DNA from: Chlorobaculum sp. MV4-Y
GTDB taxonomy: Bacteria; Bacteroidota; Chlorobiia; Chlorobiales; Chlorobiaceae
Assembly (NCBI RefSeq): GCF_025244685.1
Contig: NZ_CP104202.1
Location: 1,748,471-1,812,470 of the forward strand
Length of the DNA stretch: 64,000 bases
Direction: 5' to 3'
Part shown: positions 63,563 through 64,000 of the stretch, piece by piece
Position numbering within the stretch: position 1 is the stretch's first letter
How the letters are laid out: every line of letters starts with the position of its first letter
Notes under the pieces: generated by a model
What the model was told of the DNA's origin: nothing
The model's input: only the letters and a program-made list of their open reading frames with translations
Database searches by the model: none
Translations under genes and position numbers: made by a program

Positions 63563-64000
63563 GTGAGAAAAAATATCGTATCGCCCTCTATCGGCAACGC
63601 CACGCCCCCTGCAGAACGCCTCTCGACCGGCATTGTTGAAACTGGAACCCTGCCCAACGGCCTGCACATCGTCAGCAATCAGGTGCCCTGGATTCACAGC
63701 GTCACGCTCGGCTTGTGGATCAACGCCGGTTCGCGCGAAGATCCCGAGGGATTCGAGGGTATGGCCCATTTCATCGAACACGCACTTTTCAAAGGCACGC
63801 AAAAGCGTGACTACGTCGAGATTGCCCGCAGCATCGAAGAGACCGGTGGCTATATCGACGCCTGGACAACCAAGGAGCAGACCTGCCTCTGCGTCAGGTG
63901 CCTCCGGGAGCATCTGCATCTTGCTTTCGATCTGCTCGCCGATCTCTGCTGCAATCCGGTTTTTCCGCCCGACGAGATCGAGAAGGAAAAAGAGGTGGTG
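63563..64000 (+). CDS. M16 family zinc peptidase (pitrilysin-like), 3'-partial
   Basis: Inverted zinc motif [10 protein letters not shown] (HxxEH). Start tentatively at the GTG at 63563. Runs off the window. Confidence 0.55.
   Translation, partial: MRKNIVSPSIGNATPPAERLSTGIVETGTLPNGLHIVSNQVPWIHSVTLGLWINAGSREDPEGFEGMAHFIEHALFKGTQKRDYVEIARSIEETGGYIDAWTTKEQTCLCVRCLREHLHLAFDLLADLCCNPVFPPDEIEKEKEVV

Overview
This is a GC-rich (about 55-60% by eye) bacterial chromosomal segment. Its gene content and protein signatures are consistent with a green-sulfur-bacterium-like (Chlorobi-type) genome; that attribution is inference only. The backbone carries housekeeping genes: two convergent oxidative pentose-phosphate operons (tkt-pgl and zwf-gnd), a four-gene sulfhydrogenase-like [NiFe] hydrogenase operon, lptB, aroA, rpsU, alr, asd, dus, recA, an MscS channel, SlyD-like FKBP, a gamma-carbonic anhydrase and a TerC protein. 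No rRNA, tRNA or CRISPR array was recognised. The most notable feature is an AT-rich inserted island of about 9 kb (about 43.5-52.4 kb) lying between an alpha/beta-hydrolase gene and aroA. The island encodes a tyrosine integrase and a tightly coupled Type II R-M pair (a PD-(D/E)xK-like endonuclease plus a C5-cytosine methyltransferase). It also carries a translationally coupled three-gene operon: a HerA-like FtsK/HerA-family ATPase, a NurA-like nuclease and an alpha-class (SPPY motif) DNA methyltransferase. I propose this operon as a candidate undescribed methylation-linked defence module. Three backbone genes appear disrupted: an aldehyde dehydrogenase frameshifted in a G5 run, a Lon-like protease frameshifted between Walker A and Walker B, and a YadA-like adhesin with an in-frame TGA at codon 11 of its signal peptide. 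Two families of short palindromic intergenic repeats are present, along with several clear Rho-independent terminators.
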